Origin: Candidatus Omnitrophota bacterium
GTDB lineage: Bacteria > Omnitrophota > Gorgyraeia > Gygaellales > Profunditerraquicolaceae
DNA: 64,000 nucleotides
Assembly (NCBI GenBank): GCA_030693145.1
Contig: JAUYBI010000071.1
Span: 10,354-74,353, forward strand
Direction of reading: 5' to 3'
The translations under genes were made by a program, and so were the position numbers. Under the pieces are notes generated by a model. That model made no database searches, was not told where the DNA came from, and worked only from the letters and a program-made list of their open reading frames with translations. Of the stretch, positions 44,601-59,600 are shown piece after piece. The number at the start of each line of letters is the position of its first letter. Positions within the stretch are counted from its first letter, which is position 1.

Positions 44601-47600
44601 AAAATTTAGCCTGGTTGAATAAAGACACTAATGCCGTAACCGGCTTGCGGTCGTCTTTCTCCTACGAATATCTGAAGCTGCCCACCAGGGGCGTAAGGCC
44701 GTTTGATAAGAATAACTTTACCGGCGAATATACTCTTCCTGCTTTCTCCGCAGAAGGAATTTACGGGGATGAACTGAGAGCAAAATACGGCTTCACTGAC
44801 CTGCAGATGAAGTTTATCAATGTGGCTAATGAAACCTTCTTGGACGGCGCCGGCGCGTTTAATCCTAAAACAGGATTGTACGAGACTTCTTATTACGAGA
44901 GTCCGGCCGGCAATCCGAAATTAGTGAAGTGGTTTAATCCTGAAACCGACACCTGGCAGTTGACGCTTAACCGGCTGGATTATGATGGTGAGATTCTGGC
45001 CAGTATTGCTACCGCTTATACTCCGGATATGAACAAGCTGGATAATGTTGTTTTCACTTACGAAAGAAATAGGGATTTGGACAGGTATCAATTGGCTGAG
45101 GCCTTAAGGGCAAAAGGGTTATTCATGACCGCGGAAGATATTACCGGGGGCGACATAAGGGCTGTTCTTGATAACGGCCAGTCTTGGCTGGATAACAACA
45201 AACCGAATATTGACGCCTGGCAATCAATTTTCAAGTATTCCCTGGAAACCGGGGAGTCCGTGGAATTAGTTAAGATTAGCGATAATAAGGCTACAGTGGC
45301 TTTGTTGGATGATAATAAAAAAGAAACCGGCGGAGTAACTTATGAATATGGCCGCGATAATTCCTCCGGTAGGATTGTGTTGGGAGAAGTATTGGGCAAA
45401 ACATTCGTTGTCAAAGAAACGAATACTACTAAAGATATTCTTAATATTGACTTTAAGCGGCAGCTCATGTGGATTGAAACGAAGAGCAAGGCTGACGGCG
45501 CGATAATCAGGAGATTCGACGGCGAATATATTAATGGCATACTTAACGAAGAGATAATCAATGATCCGGCGGTATTGTCCGATTTTGTCCGCCAAACCCG
45601 TGCCGAATTAAATTATAGCGGATTCGATAATTATACTTTATCGCATCTGCGTTTATTGAACATAGTCAATGAAACTAAAACCAATGCAACGATTAGCAAA
45701 GATGTTATAAGTTTATCCCATCTTACTAATCTTGATGTGAATGATAAAGGTTATTTAAGAGTTGTCTCTTTAAGGCAGGATACAGTATTTCCTGAAAATA
45801 TAACCAGATATACTGCAGAAGTGAAAGATGTTAAAGGATGGCTGCGAGAGAAGCATTATGGCGATTATATTAACGGAAACTTTACATCCGATATGAAGGC
45901 GTATTTGTTCTATAAGAACGGAGTAGGCAGATACGGCATACCATCAGAAGGCATTGTAACCTTGATAAAGGGGGGCAACGAAAGTATTTTTGCAAGATCG
46001 AATCATTTAGCGCCCTTACTTCCTAACGGAGATTTAATCTATGCCGCGGCGCAAGGCTCTGCTTATATTCCAAATACAGACCTAAAGTCCGGCGAATCTA
46101 ATTACGATAAACTACAACAGGCCCTTTTAAACCATGAGATTAAATTTGATTGGATAAGACGCTCTTGGGAGGAGATAAAGAATAATAAAGGCAATCTCAA
46201 AGTGATTAATGACTATAACCAGATTAATTCTTCAACCGGTTTTCCGGAAGAAAACGTAGACCCTATTTATATAACTTTTCTTGAATATGGAAATCCTCTT
46301 TCTCTTCCGGGGGCGAGCCAGCGTAATATGGGGGCATCTAAAGACAGTTACACTTATGACTATAAGGACAATGATACAGCTTCGTATACTGAAAGTTCCA
46401 ACATAAATCAGACAACCGGCGAAACAGAATATAAATGGAAGCCCGGCTGGCAGGCAAAAGTAGACAATTTAAGGTTTATTGAAGAGGGAAAATCCGGGTA
46501 TATGCTTTATGATCAGGCAGATAACCGCCAGAATCGCGCTGGAAAATACCAAATGGCTTTGCGTTTAGACGGCAGGTCTTATTACGAGATACTTAAGAAT
46601 CAGGTGGATGTTTTCGGAAACCGTTATTATAGATGGGGGGTGGATGATATAGTCCGGGTTGTTTATGATGAGCGCGAACTGCCTTTGGTAACCTATAAAA
46701 TAGCTGATAAAAATTTTGGCTCGCTGGAAAAAGAAGAGCCGCTGTACAATCATTTTGTAGTATTTATAGATAATGAGTATGGCCATATGTTCGTCTGGGA
46801 TAGGGATGTCAACAATAGCGGCTTAAGCGGCTATCGGTATGGCTGGGATGAGTTTGTAAATGGCAATCAGGTTTCACGTTCAACGCGCAACGTTCAGCTT
46901 TTATCTAATGATAGTGAAGCTGAGCAGTTAGGCCAGAGAGACGGAAAATACTTTGAGAACGGCGAATTATTTTATGAAATTACCGATAGATTTACTCCTA
47001 TGGATTGGCGGTACTTTAAAGCAAAAGGGGCTGATGTTCCTCGGGAATACTTTAAGGTGTTAGCTACTAAATCATACCGAAACGACTGGATCTATAATCT
47101 TTATCTGGAGCCTTTTAAAAGAGGGACATTACTGCCACTGGCAGTTGTTTCCTTAATAGTCAGTATATTAACTCCTGCATTGCTTCCCGCTCTTATAATT
47201 ATCTTAACCATAATTATTTCATTGTCCCTGCGCAAGACACCTTTAGCCGGGTTATTAAAAGCCGCCTACAATAAATTGGTTTATCATAGAATAGACGGCG
47301 TGTTTGGCAATAACGGGAAAGCTCCTTTTGTTGCGCATGATGGGCCAGAGAAAGATGAAAAGAAAATTAATCCCGCCATAGAAAAGAGAATAAAAGAAAT
47401 TGCCCCGGATCTCTGGCTGTTTGATCCTTTCGTCAAGTATCTTTGCATCCTTTATGAATCAAATATGAAGATATTGCTGAATAGATTCTATGAGGATAAT
47501 AAAGGGCCAAAAGATGTTGAGAAAGCCATTCTTTCCCTGCAAAGAAAAATAATAGAAGAAAAGATTAAAAATATCGATCCGGATAATGAAGAAAAAATGC

Positions 47601-50600
47601 TGGAAATTAAGGAAGAATTTTTCATCAGGCCAATCGCCTATTTTTTCATTAAAGTTTTTGAAGCTATGCATAAAGATTTGGAAGACCGCGGCGCGGGAAG
47701 AAAAACAATGGAAGGCAAAGGCCGGATTATTATTACGGATAAAGAATTAGGGATGTTTATTGATTGGTGCATAAACGAAAAATCCATAGATCCCATAGTT
47801 AAAATTGGGGCTGTCCGGTATTTGAATGATTTATTCACAATATCGGCGCAAGACCTCGGCACGCTAATTAACAAAAAATTTGATGAAATTGAGAAAGTTG
47901 TAATAGAAATATGCAAAGAAAAGAATCTCGAACCTTCGGTATTTCCTATTACTGTTAGCCGGGGTGTTAAGGTTATTGTGGCGGGGGCGCTTGTTGGTCT
48001 CATGCTAGTATTGCTATGGGCTTCTTTAGGAATTATTCCTTTATGGGCGGAATTACTATTGCTATTGGCTTACGGCTTAGCTGCCCGGGATATATGGAAT
48101 ACTTTGCCTTATTTTAAACTCAGTTTTTATTATTTACCTAAGATTATAAAGACCATACGTGAAACATCTTTTACGGGCGAAAGGACTAAATCCTCTATTA
48201 AGATCAAAGAAAGGTTCTTTAAGGTTTATTTTGGTTGGTTTGGCGTTACCAATATTATTCTTTTCTTGGCTTTTCTATATTTCAGTTGGGGAGTTATGCC
48301 ATGGATTGGCTGGCTATTTGCCCTAATAATATTTGCGCTTAATCTCCGGGAGGCTTTGCGCGCCTGGTGGTATTTATCTTTGGAAGCCGGCACGCTCGCG
48401 GTGGAAGATGAAGAGAAACTTAACGTGTTTAACCAGTATAAGGATATCAGTAAATATAAAATAGACGGCGATTATATTCTTGAATGGGTGCGTAGGGATA
48501 GTTTCTTGAAAGATGCTTATGAGCATATTCTGGTGGAAGGGACATTGCGCGAGTTCTCCATGGTTACTAAGGAAGAAGCCGAACAATTAATGCGGGCGCT
48601 GTTGTCCACAAGCGGCGTTTTGCCTGCGCTGGACAACTGGCGCGCGAGAAAACTTACCGTGCAGTTCTTTAATAAGGTTGTGGTGTATAAGGCGCAAAAC
48701 CTTTCTCCGGAAGCGGTCGACCTTAATACTCTTAAGCGGTTATACTTTTTGATGACCGGAGTCAGTGAGTTGGTCCTTCCCAGCGCGAAATCTTTAGACG
48801 CGGTGAAGATAAAGGATATTTTTACCGGAAAGATTGTCCCGGTGATTAAGACTACTTTCAGGCTGCTTATGGACAGATTCAGTGAGGAGTGGAAGATATA
48901 CCTTGATGAGGATTTGCTGGGCGGTATCAATAACAGCGAAAAACAAGAGCTAATTAAAGAACTTCTTAAGCCGGGGGTAACTTTTAAAGCCAGCGTTGAA
49001 AAAATAGCCGAATTTACCGGTAAAGATAAAAAAGAAATTGAAGCCAGAATTCTTAAGGAGTGGGTAGCTTTCCGCACCACCAACTTTTATAAGACAATAA
49101 AATCCCAATATTATTCCGCTATTTTAGCCTATAAATTGTTGTTTAAACATAAGTTCCCCGGGCTTTCTGATGAGGGCGTAGAAAAGAAGGTAGAGGAATA
49201 TTTAAGGTTCATATTTACTTATCATTTTTATCCTGATTCGGGCAGCCTTAATGATGAAACCCGCGTTATTTTTGAAGAATTCTATAATAATCAGGCGGAG
49301 AAATGGGAATTAAATAAATCCGGCCCGCGCGTCATCGCTAATTTTACCCATCCGCTGGGGACTACCGGCGCTACGGTAAAGACTCAACGTTGGTCGTATG
49401 CCTGCCGGTTCATTGATGAAGACAGCCGTAGGGTTGCGGTATATGGAGAAGATTGGGATCATTTAGCTTTCCCCGTGGATTTCTTTTTACTTCCTTTTGA
49501 TATCGCGGAAACCTCGGTTAATAAAAATATCGGGGTTATTGTGCCGGAATTAAAAGTGGGCGATGAAGATATTACGCCGGTTAATACTAATTTGAGCATT
49601 TCCGAAAATAATTTTAACACGCGGGTGCTTTTGGCGGAAAACGTGTTCGGCGCCCATTCTGAATACGGCCCGACTATCTGGGACTATTCCGTTCTGCGTA
49701 AATGCGCGGTGTATCTTAGCTATATCGAAGACAGCTCCCAGGGAGATGAGGCTTTAATGCGGGGATATGAAATACTGCGAAGCCGCAGGACGATTTTAAG
49801 AAGAGGCAGGGAAAAAGTTTACCTCTATATGTTCGCTTTTGTTAACAGGTTTGGCGGCCTCGTAACTAACGCGCTATTCAGTTTGCGGTTTCAATTGCTT
49901 ATGAGGAGCAAGAAGCTTCATAAAACCGAAAAATACGCTCTTTTGCAGAATTTTGACTACTATATTAATAAAGTTATTATACCCCGGTACAATTTTATTA
50001 TATTCTTTTTTGGTTTCTTCTTATTATTCACCCCGTTTAGCCATTTTGCTCCCCCTGTCATTTTTATAGGTTTTCAGAATATCTTAACCCAGGCAATTAC
50101 CGCCGGCGGTATCAGGACATTTATTAACGACCATCGGGAGGAGAAACATCGATGGAATAGAGGCTATTGGGGATATGTAATTAGATTACCGAGCTTGGTC
50201 TTTAATTACCTGGCGTTTATTCCTCTGCATGACTCAAAAGTTCAGAAGGCGCTGGGGGGCGCAAGCGGTTTATTTACCCGCGGCCAGAAACTTACCAACT
50301 ATCCTCGGATATCTTTCACAGCAATATTTGATATTTTTGCTCCCGCTATTTATTGGGGGATTGTGCTTTTGATTGTTCTTCATTTTGCCCCGGCCCATCC
50401 TTACGGCGTGGCAGGGCAGTTATTCTTCTATATTTTCCCAATAGCCTTTATCTGGGGGGCGTTTACGAGTAATGGTTCTTTGCTTAAGGGTATAGCGTAT
50501 GGATTCCTAGCTATCCCTTACGCGCTCTTTGTATATCCTTTTGTGAAGTTGTTTAAATTAGATATTGATAATGTGGATGAGAGCCCGAAAGAGCCGGATA

Positions 50601-53600
50601 GCGAAGAAAGCAAAAAGGAAAGCGCTGAAAAGAAAGGTATTTTAGGCGGGCTCAAGGCGGAATTACAAGATTTAACTAAAAAACAAATCCGCCAGCCATA
50701 TAAGCTTAATCAAGAAAATAAGGTGAGCGCTGAATTTGAAAAGGCAAGAAAAGAATTTCAGGAAAAATATTTCCCCGGCATCAAAAATCCCGTGGTTGTC
50801 TTTGGCGGGGCAATCAGAGATTGGTTCTTAAATAGTGGAAAACTGCATCCGCAGGCAGATATAGATGTGCTTATCTCAGTTGAGTTGACCAAGACCGAAA
50901 AACTGGCGATTTCCTGCGCTGTTTTTGAATCTATACTCTACGGCAAGGACGCTTTGATTACCTACGACGAATTAAGCAAATTATTCTATCCACAATTAGT
51001 AGCGAGAGAAGCTTTGCTTAAGAAAGATACTAACGAAATAATTTTGGCCGGTAAAAAGGACAAGGAGATAGAGCCAGGCAACCGGCCTTGGGATAATTTC
51101 GTGAACAAAGCAAAGAAATCTGAAGAGGAAAGTTTAGCCTTTGGCGGAGAAATATTCAGCGTGGAAGGGCTGATGGAGGCTAATTTAGAGAATAATTATA
51201 AATCCTTATATTATTTCCTCTACTGGAATCTTAGAAAAGATGTTCTTAAAGGAAAGGTTCAGGCTAATGCTAAAGATGATAAGGCCTACGAAAAATTAGT
51301 TAACGCGGATAAGAAAAATACGGTTGAAAAAAATGGTAAACATATCCATGTTTTAGGTATGATAGACAATGAAGGTTTTGTGTATATGAAACCGGAAGCG
51401 GAAGAATTATTTAAGAAAAATCTGCATTATCTTTCTGTTGAGAGAGCGGGGATTAATCTTGCGACCGGCGCGGCTTGGGCGGATGAGGGAAGTATTGAAG
51501 ATTTAGAGAATAAGCAGTTGGCTATTCGCAATCCTGATAAGGCGAAGGATAAAGAGATTGATTTTGCCCAGTTGTTTAGGTTAGTAAGGTTTAATTTTCA
51601 GTACCCGCATCCACAAGCCGCTATTGACGAAAATGTGATATCTCTTATCAAAAGTTTCTTCGAAGATTTCGGGAAGGAAAATTCAGAATTTACGGCCATC
51701 AAGAAATGGAAGGCAAGAAAAGCCGAATTAGAGAAAGAATTAAGAGAAAGCGCTGCTAAAGAGGAAGCAGAAGCCGCGGAAGAGATCCCTGCATCTGGAG
51801 GAAAAGGTAAATACGGTAAGAGTACCAAGAAGCAGGAGGCAGCTAGTGCTAAAGGAAAGTATGGTAAGAGTGCGAAGAAACAGGAAGCAGCTGCCGGTGC
51901 CAAAGGAAAGTATGGTAAGAGTGCGAAGAAGCAGGAAGCATCTTCCGGCGCCAAAGGTAAATACGGTAAAAGTACCAAAAAACAGGAATCTGGCAGTGGC
52001 AAAGAAACTAAGAAGAAAGAAACAACTGCTAAAAAAGGCTACGGTAAAGGAGATAAGAAACAGGAAGCAGCAGAAGCTACGGGAGCTGAAGCCGAAGCTT
52101 TGTCTCCCGGACAAATTGCCGAGAAAGTCAAAAAGATCTTAAATGAAGAATTCGAGATTGAACAGATGGTGGATGTTATATTCAGATATGCTTCCAATCC
52201 ACAGGCTGCGCTGAAATCTTTAACGGAGGCAGGCGGCGCAGAGCCGTTCTTAAAGGAAAATGGCATTGATCGCGTTGCTTTAGATAAGAAAGCAGAAGAA
52301 AAACAGATTATCCCTTCGGATAAAGTTTTATTTGAGAGAATGGCCGGCTTAAAAGTTTTAATGCGTTTTGTCAATGCCGGCATCATTGAGCTCAAAGATA
52401 AATCAGGCGCTAAGGAGAAAAAATCAGATTTAAAGGAGAAGGTTAGAGAAGAAGCGGATAAAGATTTGACTGAGTATCTCTTGGGCAAAAAAGAGGAAAA
52501 ATCTCTGAATGATTTACTGGATAAGCTTGGGCTGGCGAAGGAAGTGACAGATAAGAAGAAAGAGACAGCTAAGAAGGAAGAGGCAGTTAAGTTTGAAGTA
52601 GCTAAAGATATTACAGATTTGATTGATGCTCTGTTGAAAGAACAAAATATCACTGATGTTGAAGAAAAAACGGAAATAGCAGAGTTTATTGAAGAAGTTA
52701 TTAACTGGAAGCCGTTAAGCGCTAATAATAAATCTTTACGCGAGATGATTACCAGCGAAGCTCAACTGAAGAATGTTATGTTAAGGACTCTGGAATTAGC
52801 GCTTGAAGAGAAAAAAGGCGAAGAATTTAAGAAAGCGTTGAAGAAAAAAGAAGCCGAGGAAATTTCCAAGGCGGAAATTAAGATTAATCCTTCAGAGAAT
52901 AAGGAAGAAGTATCTCTTCCCGCGATTGTGTTTGTTTTGGGCGATGTTAACGCAACTATCCCGGCTTTAAATGAAGCGCTAGCTATTCTGGCTAATAATC
53001 CGCATACCACTGTTTACCTTGTTCCGGCAAAACGCTTGCATTTAGCTAAAGAACCCAGGATTTCCGAAGAGGGATTAAAACGTTTATTAGCGAGGCCCGA
53101 ATTTATCAGATTGATACCTTTTATCAATTCTAAACGGCTGATGATTGTTGAAAAAGGGCTGGTAACCGAGACGGTGGAAATAGGGAAATACAGTGAATCA
53201 GCAACCGCAAAAGATACCGGCGCAGTGCTTAATTATCTGCCTTTGGTAGGCAGGAACCCGGAAATCATTTCCGAAGAATCAAGAGAAAAGAAGGTAAAAG
53301 AATATATTAAAAACAAGAAGCCTTTTACCATTGCCTTTGTTGATTTTGATGAATTGACTAAATATCATGACGCTTATGGCAGGAATTTGAAACTTGCCGG
53401 CAAGGTCAGGATAATCATCCAGGATATAATTAATCGGCTGGAAGATGAATATGCCGGAGCGGAGATAAATCAGATACAGGGAAGAGGCGATGAATCGGTT
53501 ATTTTAATCAGGGGCACGGATAGAGATACAGCTTACGAGATTCTGGAAAAGATACGCAAGGGAGTGATTAAGGATAGCATTGGCCGTTTGTTTATCGCCG

Positions 53601-56600
53601 AGATAGAAAACCTTAACCTCAGACAAAACCGTTTCTTCTCAGAGATAAGCCGGCAGATTGGCTCTGAGTTGATAGCAACTGACGAAGGCAAATATTATTT
53701 CATGCTTGATGTCCGTCATCCGTTTACAAAAGAAGAGTCATTGAGAAAGGTCCTTATGACTATTAATTCTGTGCTCTTAAAGAAATATGGTTTTGAGTTA
53801 AGGGCTCGCGTTGAGCAGGATATCCGGGCATTCAGTATTTCCCTTGCCGCGCAATATTATGATGAGAGGGGGGTAAATAGCCAAGAAGGATACAACCGGA
53901 TTATGGAAGAATTAAGCGGACTTATTAAAAACAGTAAAGCCAGAGGCGGTAATACATTGACATTCAAGGGCGTAACAAAAATTAAAGCCAAGGATGCGGC
54001 TAAACCGGTTTCTCCTGAAAAGCCCAATTATCAAGCAGGAGCTTTCCCGAAAGATATGAAAGAAGTATTAGAAAAATTAGGAATAGAGTTTACTGATGAG
54101 ATGTTGGTTGCTCTTCTAGCCCTTAAAGGCGGAGAGTGGGGAGGGCTGGATTATGAAGTCAGGAAAATTCTGTTTAAGATGTTGGAGAATGATTATGAGA
54201 TATTGATCGGCAGGAGGAAGAATTTAACTGCTCAAGAAGTGCTTATTGTATGGGGTAAGACCGGCATATTAGATAGATTGAATCGTCTGAAGAAATATGT
54301 GGAAGACGACAAAGAGGCGGTAAAAAAGATTGAACAAGCAATTGCTTATGTGGATGTGAATGTGAATAAGTTGAAAGGAAAAGATTTTGAAGATTGGCTT
54401 GGAAAAGCAAAAGAAGAATTGAAAGAATTCGTTGAGCGGAAAGATAGGGGGCAACTTAGAGAGAATGAGAAGTGTGCTTTCAATAATGTCCATTTTGCCG
54501 CGCTTAATTTCCTCTGGGGTTACTTAAAGGATGACATCCAACTCCTTATATTAAAGAGAAAGCCCGGTATTTCAAGAATACAAACGTTGGAAAGATTTAG
54601 GATCACAGAGGCGGAAGTTAAGGATTTGTTGAAAGCTAAAGCCGGAAAAGCTAAAACCGCTATTATTGTGGACAAGATAGATGATTTAACCGAGCAGGAT
54701 TTCCTTAATATTATTGTCGGAGAAGCCCAGACGCTCTCTAAGCCCACTACATTAAGAGGTGAAATCGGTTATCAGCTTCTCTATGGCCATCTCAGCAAGA
54801 CCGTAAAAGAGGCCAGGGGGTTAAACTCTGTTCCTTCCCGCGCAATCTATGCCGGCGCTAATGCCGTCCATTGCCCGTGGCAGGATGAATTAGCTAGAGA
54901 AGAAAAAGTTTGGAATAGCGAAATCAAAAGCATGCTATCCGAGACATTTAAGCCGTATAATCCCCTTGCTCCTCCTGAAGGAGAAAAAATTACAGATATT
55001 GAAGAAGCATATCAGCCAACTCTTAAGGGAAATAAAGAATTCTCTACCCCTGATACAATAATTGAGAAGTTAACTGGCGCGCTTAATGATTTTGAAAAAC
55101 AACCCAATCTTACTCCGCATCAAAAATACCTCTTAGAAATAAGAACCTATGCTTTTATTAAAGCTATAAAAGAAGCTTACGCAGGAGCGGACAAGGACAA
55201 ATACACCTACTTCCATGCGCTTGTAGCGATTAACGCGTTTCTCGTCTTCATCGCCCGATACCTGAAAAATAAATCTAATGATTACCTGAATATTTATATC
55301 GCTAGGGACGCAGCCAACTATTATACGGCAGGATATATTCTCGCCGAAGACAAAGAAACATTTACAAAAAATAATAAAATATTCTATCTTTCCCGGGCTA
55401 AATTAGGCCACGCGCATCAAGTAATGATTGCCCTGTTAAGGGAATCATTACAGGAAGCTGATAAGAATGATTTCTGGAAAATCCTTTCCGCCAAATTCGC
55501 GAAGGCAATGCAGGAAGATAAGGAATTTAAACTTATCGCGGATGAACTTTATGCGGAGATTGAGCTTTTAACCAAAGATTCAGAGAAAAATAAAACCCGG
55601 ATTATTGAAAGTATGGCGCAGGGCGTGATTACCGCTTTTGTCAAAGCTCTGATCATTAACAAGGAAAACTTAACAAAGACAGAAGAGTATGAATCCATTG
55701 AAGAATTTATCGCCGCTCCGAAATACAGCGAAGAAGTAAAGGAATTAGAGATAAAGGCAAGGAAAATTGATACTCTTGAGATGTTTGAGTTATTCAAGGA
55801 TGAGGTGGGTAAATGGTTGGGCAGATACGGCCTCAAGTTTACTGGCAAGATAGTAACTTTGGAGGAGAAGAATAAGGAAGATATGTGGAATGCCGCTAAG
55901 ATTCTCTTGGATGTCCTGCAAGCTCAGGCGTATCATCTTTTCTATCCTTTCTCCGAAGTTAATTTAGGCCATCCGATAGAATACAGGGAGGGCAAGATTG
56001 TAGAACCTTCCGCGGTTAAACAACTCGGTTTCTTACTGCGCGAAATCCTCTTGGTTAATGCCGCTATAGATATAAAAGAAGAGGATAAAAATAAGGACTT
56101 TAAGCCCACAGCGGAAAATATAGCGGAAGACTTCAATCCTAATAGTTTCCTGCCTGAAGAATATGAGCTTAATGAAGAAGGCAAGGAACTCTTTAACTTT
56201 ATTGTCATTAAACATCATGAAGTTTTCGCGACCGCCTCTGACCAATCACAGGAAGGCTTGCTTATCCGCCTTGCCGGATGGATAAAGCTGATGGAAATCC
56301 ACGGCTGCGATATAAAAGAGGTAACAGAAGGTATCAAATCCGGCCATAACGATTCGAAGTATTTTTACCAATTCGAGCGCTTCCTCTTTGAATTCCGCCA
56401 GTTTGAATCCGAGGATGATTACTATTCCACATTTATCTGGTTTGCCGGCAGGAAGGGCTGGACCATTGGCAATGTTGACGAAGCAATGGACAGCGCTAAC
56501 GCGCTTAAAGCCTTAAGGGAGAAAGTCGCGGTTGAAAAACGTCCTCGCGCTGACCGTTTAAAGATAACCGACATTTACGGCGAAGAAAAGATGGCGGGTG

Positions 56601-59600
56601 CGGCAGGAACTAATCCCGCCGCTGTCTTGGTAAGGAAGCTGGAAGCCAAGCCGGTATCGGCTGAGGTAGTAGAAGCAAAGGATGCGTTCAGGGGGTTATT
56701 AAAAGATATAGAAGATTTATCGGTAGCGGGTAGCAAAGGATTGGATAAAATTACTGAAGAGTTTAGCAGATTAAAGACAACATATAATGAACAGCTCAAA
56801 AAAGATAATAAAAATGATGAGTTATTGCTGATAGTAAAAGAAGTAGAGATGAGAGTGGCGAAAATAAAAGTTGGTATACTTAATTCAAAAGCAGAGGAAT
56901 CTCAAATTACCGATGGCGAAGGGATATTGGTTAAGTTGAAAAATAATTCAGAAAATTTGAGCAAAGGAGTTGAAGATTCTAAAGCACAATATAAGGATAC
57001 GTCTGCGATAGTTAGCGAGGTAAAGGAAACAGTAAGAACAAAAGAAGCGCAATTCAGGCTTGCATATTTATTCGAGAAGATAAAGAATATGTCCCCGTTG
57101 TCAAATGAGCAAATACAGCAAGTAAATAATCTTATATCGGAATTAAGGGTATTTAAGTTTCAATACCGCGGTTTGCTTAGAAATGGAGATATAGCTAAGA
57201 TTGCGGAGAAAGAGGTTGAGCTATTTTTAATAAAGGTGCAAGCTTTAGTTCAACTTAAAGATGACAAGAAACAGCAGGCGCGTTTCAGTAAAGAGTTGAG
57301 AGAGATTGTCAGTGAATTCAGGGTTTTGAAACATGAGTACAGAGATTTCTTGGATAATGAAAAACTTCATCAGCAGATTGATCTTATTAATCCGAACCTC
57401 ACAGAATGTGTTGAGGAAGAATTTTCCCTTTTCACAAAAAAGGTTAGAACTTTATCTAGACTCACAGGACTTGGGCGTTTAGTTGGAAAATTGAGAGAAA
57501 TCGCCGGTTGGTTCCTTAAAGATACAAGAATTCGTCAGCAGATCAATGGTATTAAGAACAGGTTTATTGAATATTTCAAAGTAGAGTTTTCGTTCTTGTC
57601 GAGCAAGGTTGAAACCCTATCTATACTTAAAGATAAGAAACGTTTCAGCAAGGAGCTAAAACAGATTGTTGGTGAGTTCAGGGTTTTGAAACATGAGTAC
57701 AGAGATTTCATGGATAATGAAAAACTTCATCAGCAAGTTGGTCTTATTAATCCGAACCTCACAGAATGTGTTAAGGAAGAGCTTACTCTTTTCTCAAAAA
57801 AGGTTAAAACTTTATCTAAACTCACAGTTGGTAAGCGTTTAGTTAGAAAATTGAGAAAAATCGCGGGTTGGTTCCTTGGAAATAAAAAGCAGCAGGTATA
57901 TTTCAGCAAAGAGTTAAGAGAGGTTATCAGTGAGTTCGGGTTTTTGAAAGATGAGTATAGAGATTTCTTGGATAACGGAGAACTTCATCAGCAGGTTGAT
58001 ATTATTAATCAGAACCTCATAGAATATCTTAAGAAAAAATTCTCATTTTTCTCAAATAAGGTCGAAGCCTTATCTAAACTCAAGGACAAAAAGCATTTTA
58101 GTAAAGAGCTAAAAGAACTTATCAATGAGTTCAGAGGGTTAAGGTATGAATACAGAGATTTCTTGGATGATAAGGTTATCCGCCCGCAGGTAGAAGGAAT
58201 TAATCAAGAGCTTGTTAAACAGCTTAAGAAAAAATTTTCATTTTTCTCAAACAAGGTTGAAACTTTATTTAATGGGCGGTTTGAACGCTTCGGTAAAGAA
58301 CTAAGAAAGATTGCGTCCGGCTTCTTAAAAGATAAAAAGATTCCTCAGCAAATTATGAGTATTAGAAATAAGTTTGGTGAGTATTTTAAGGCAGAACTTT
58401 TGTTCTTGTCGAAAAATAAACTTGAACATTCCAGCAAGAAGCTAAAAGAGATGTTTGATGAGTTTAGGGTATTAAAATTTGAATACAGAGATTTCTTGAA
58501 TGATGAAAAACTTCGTCAGCAGGTCGAAAATATTAATACAAGGCTTATTGAGCATAAGGAAGATATAGAATGTCTATTAACAAAAATTAAAGTGTCTTCT
58601 GTGCAGAAAGATGCTGTTCAGCAGTTAAACAGCTCAAATCGTGATGGCGGCAAATTTTCTACTTTTCGAGAATATAATAAAGTATTTTCTTCTTTGCCGT
58701 TAATGTTTCTGTCCTCTGGGCTATCTGGTATTATGGGGGATTTGGTAGCCTCAGTTGTTATTGCCATTATTATTATGGTTATTGTGGTTATTCTCAAAAT
58801 TATTGAAGATATTAAAAATTCAAATTTATTATCATTGAGTTATTGGGTAGACGAATCTATTTATTATTATTTAGAAGTTAGAGAATCTCTAGCTAAATCT
58901 ATAGTTAAATATTTAGGGCGGTATAAAACTAATTGGGTATTTGCGTTTCTTACGAAAGAGTTGAATGATACAAATGCAGGGGTCCGTAATGCTGCAGTAG
59001 AAGCCCTTGGAAGACTTGGAAATCAAAGAGCAGTTGAGCCGCTAATCGCAGCGTTGGGTGATAATGATAGATATGTCCGCTCCTCTGCCGCCAAAGCCTT
59101 AGGCAATCTTGGCGACAAACACGCTATCGAACCTTTGATTAAGATATTGGGTGATAATATTATTTTTGTCCGCGAAGCCTTAGTGAAAATCGGCCAACCA
59201 GCAGTAGAACCTTTGACTAAGGCATTAGGTGATAAAAGTTCCCATGTCCGCTCCGAAGCCGCTAAGGCTTTAGAGAAATTAGGCGCCTTAACCACTGAGC
59301 TTAAAATTAGGAAATATATTAATGATTTAAGTGATAATGCTAGTTTTGTCCGCTACTTTGCCGCCGAAAACTTGGGTAATCTTGGTGACAAGCGTGCAGT
59401 TGAGCCTCTAATTAAGCTATTAAGTGATAGTAATTGCGATGTCCGTTCCTATGCTGCCAATGCCTTAGTAAAAATCGGCCAACCAGCAGTCGAGCTTTTG
59501 ATTAAGGCGTTAGGTGATAACAATAACGGTGTCCGCAAATCTGCCGCCGAAGTCTTAGAGAAATTAGCCGTTTTAACTCCCGAGCTTAAAGTTACGAGGT

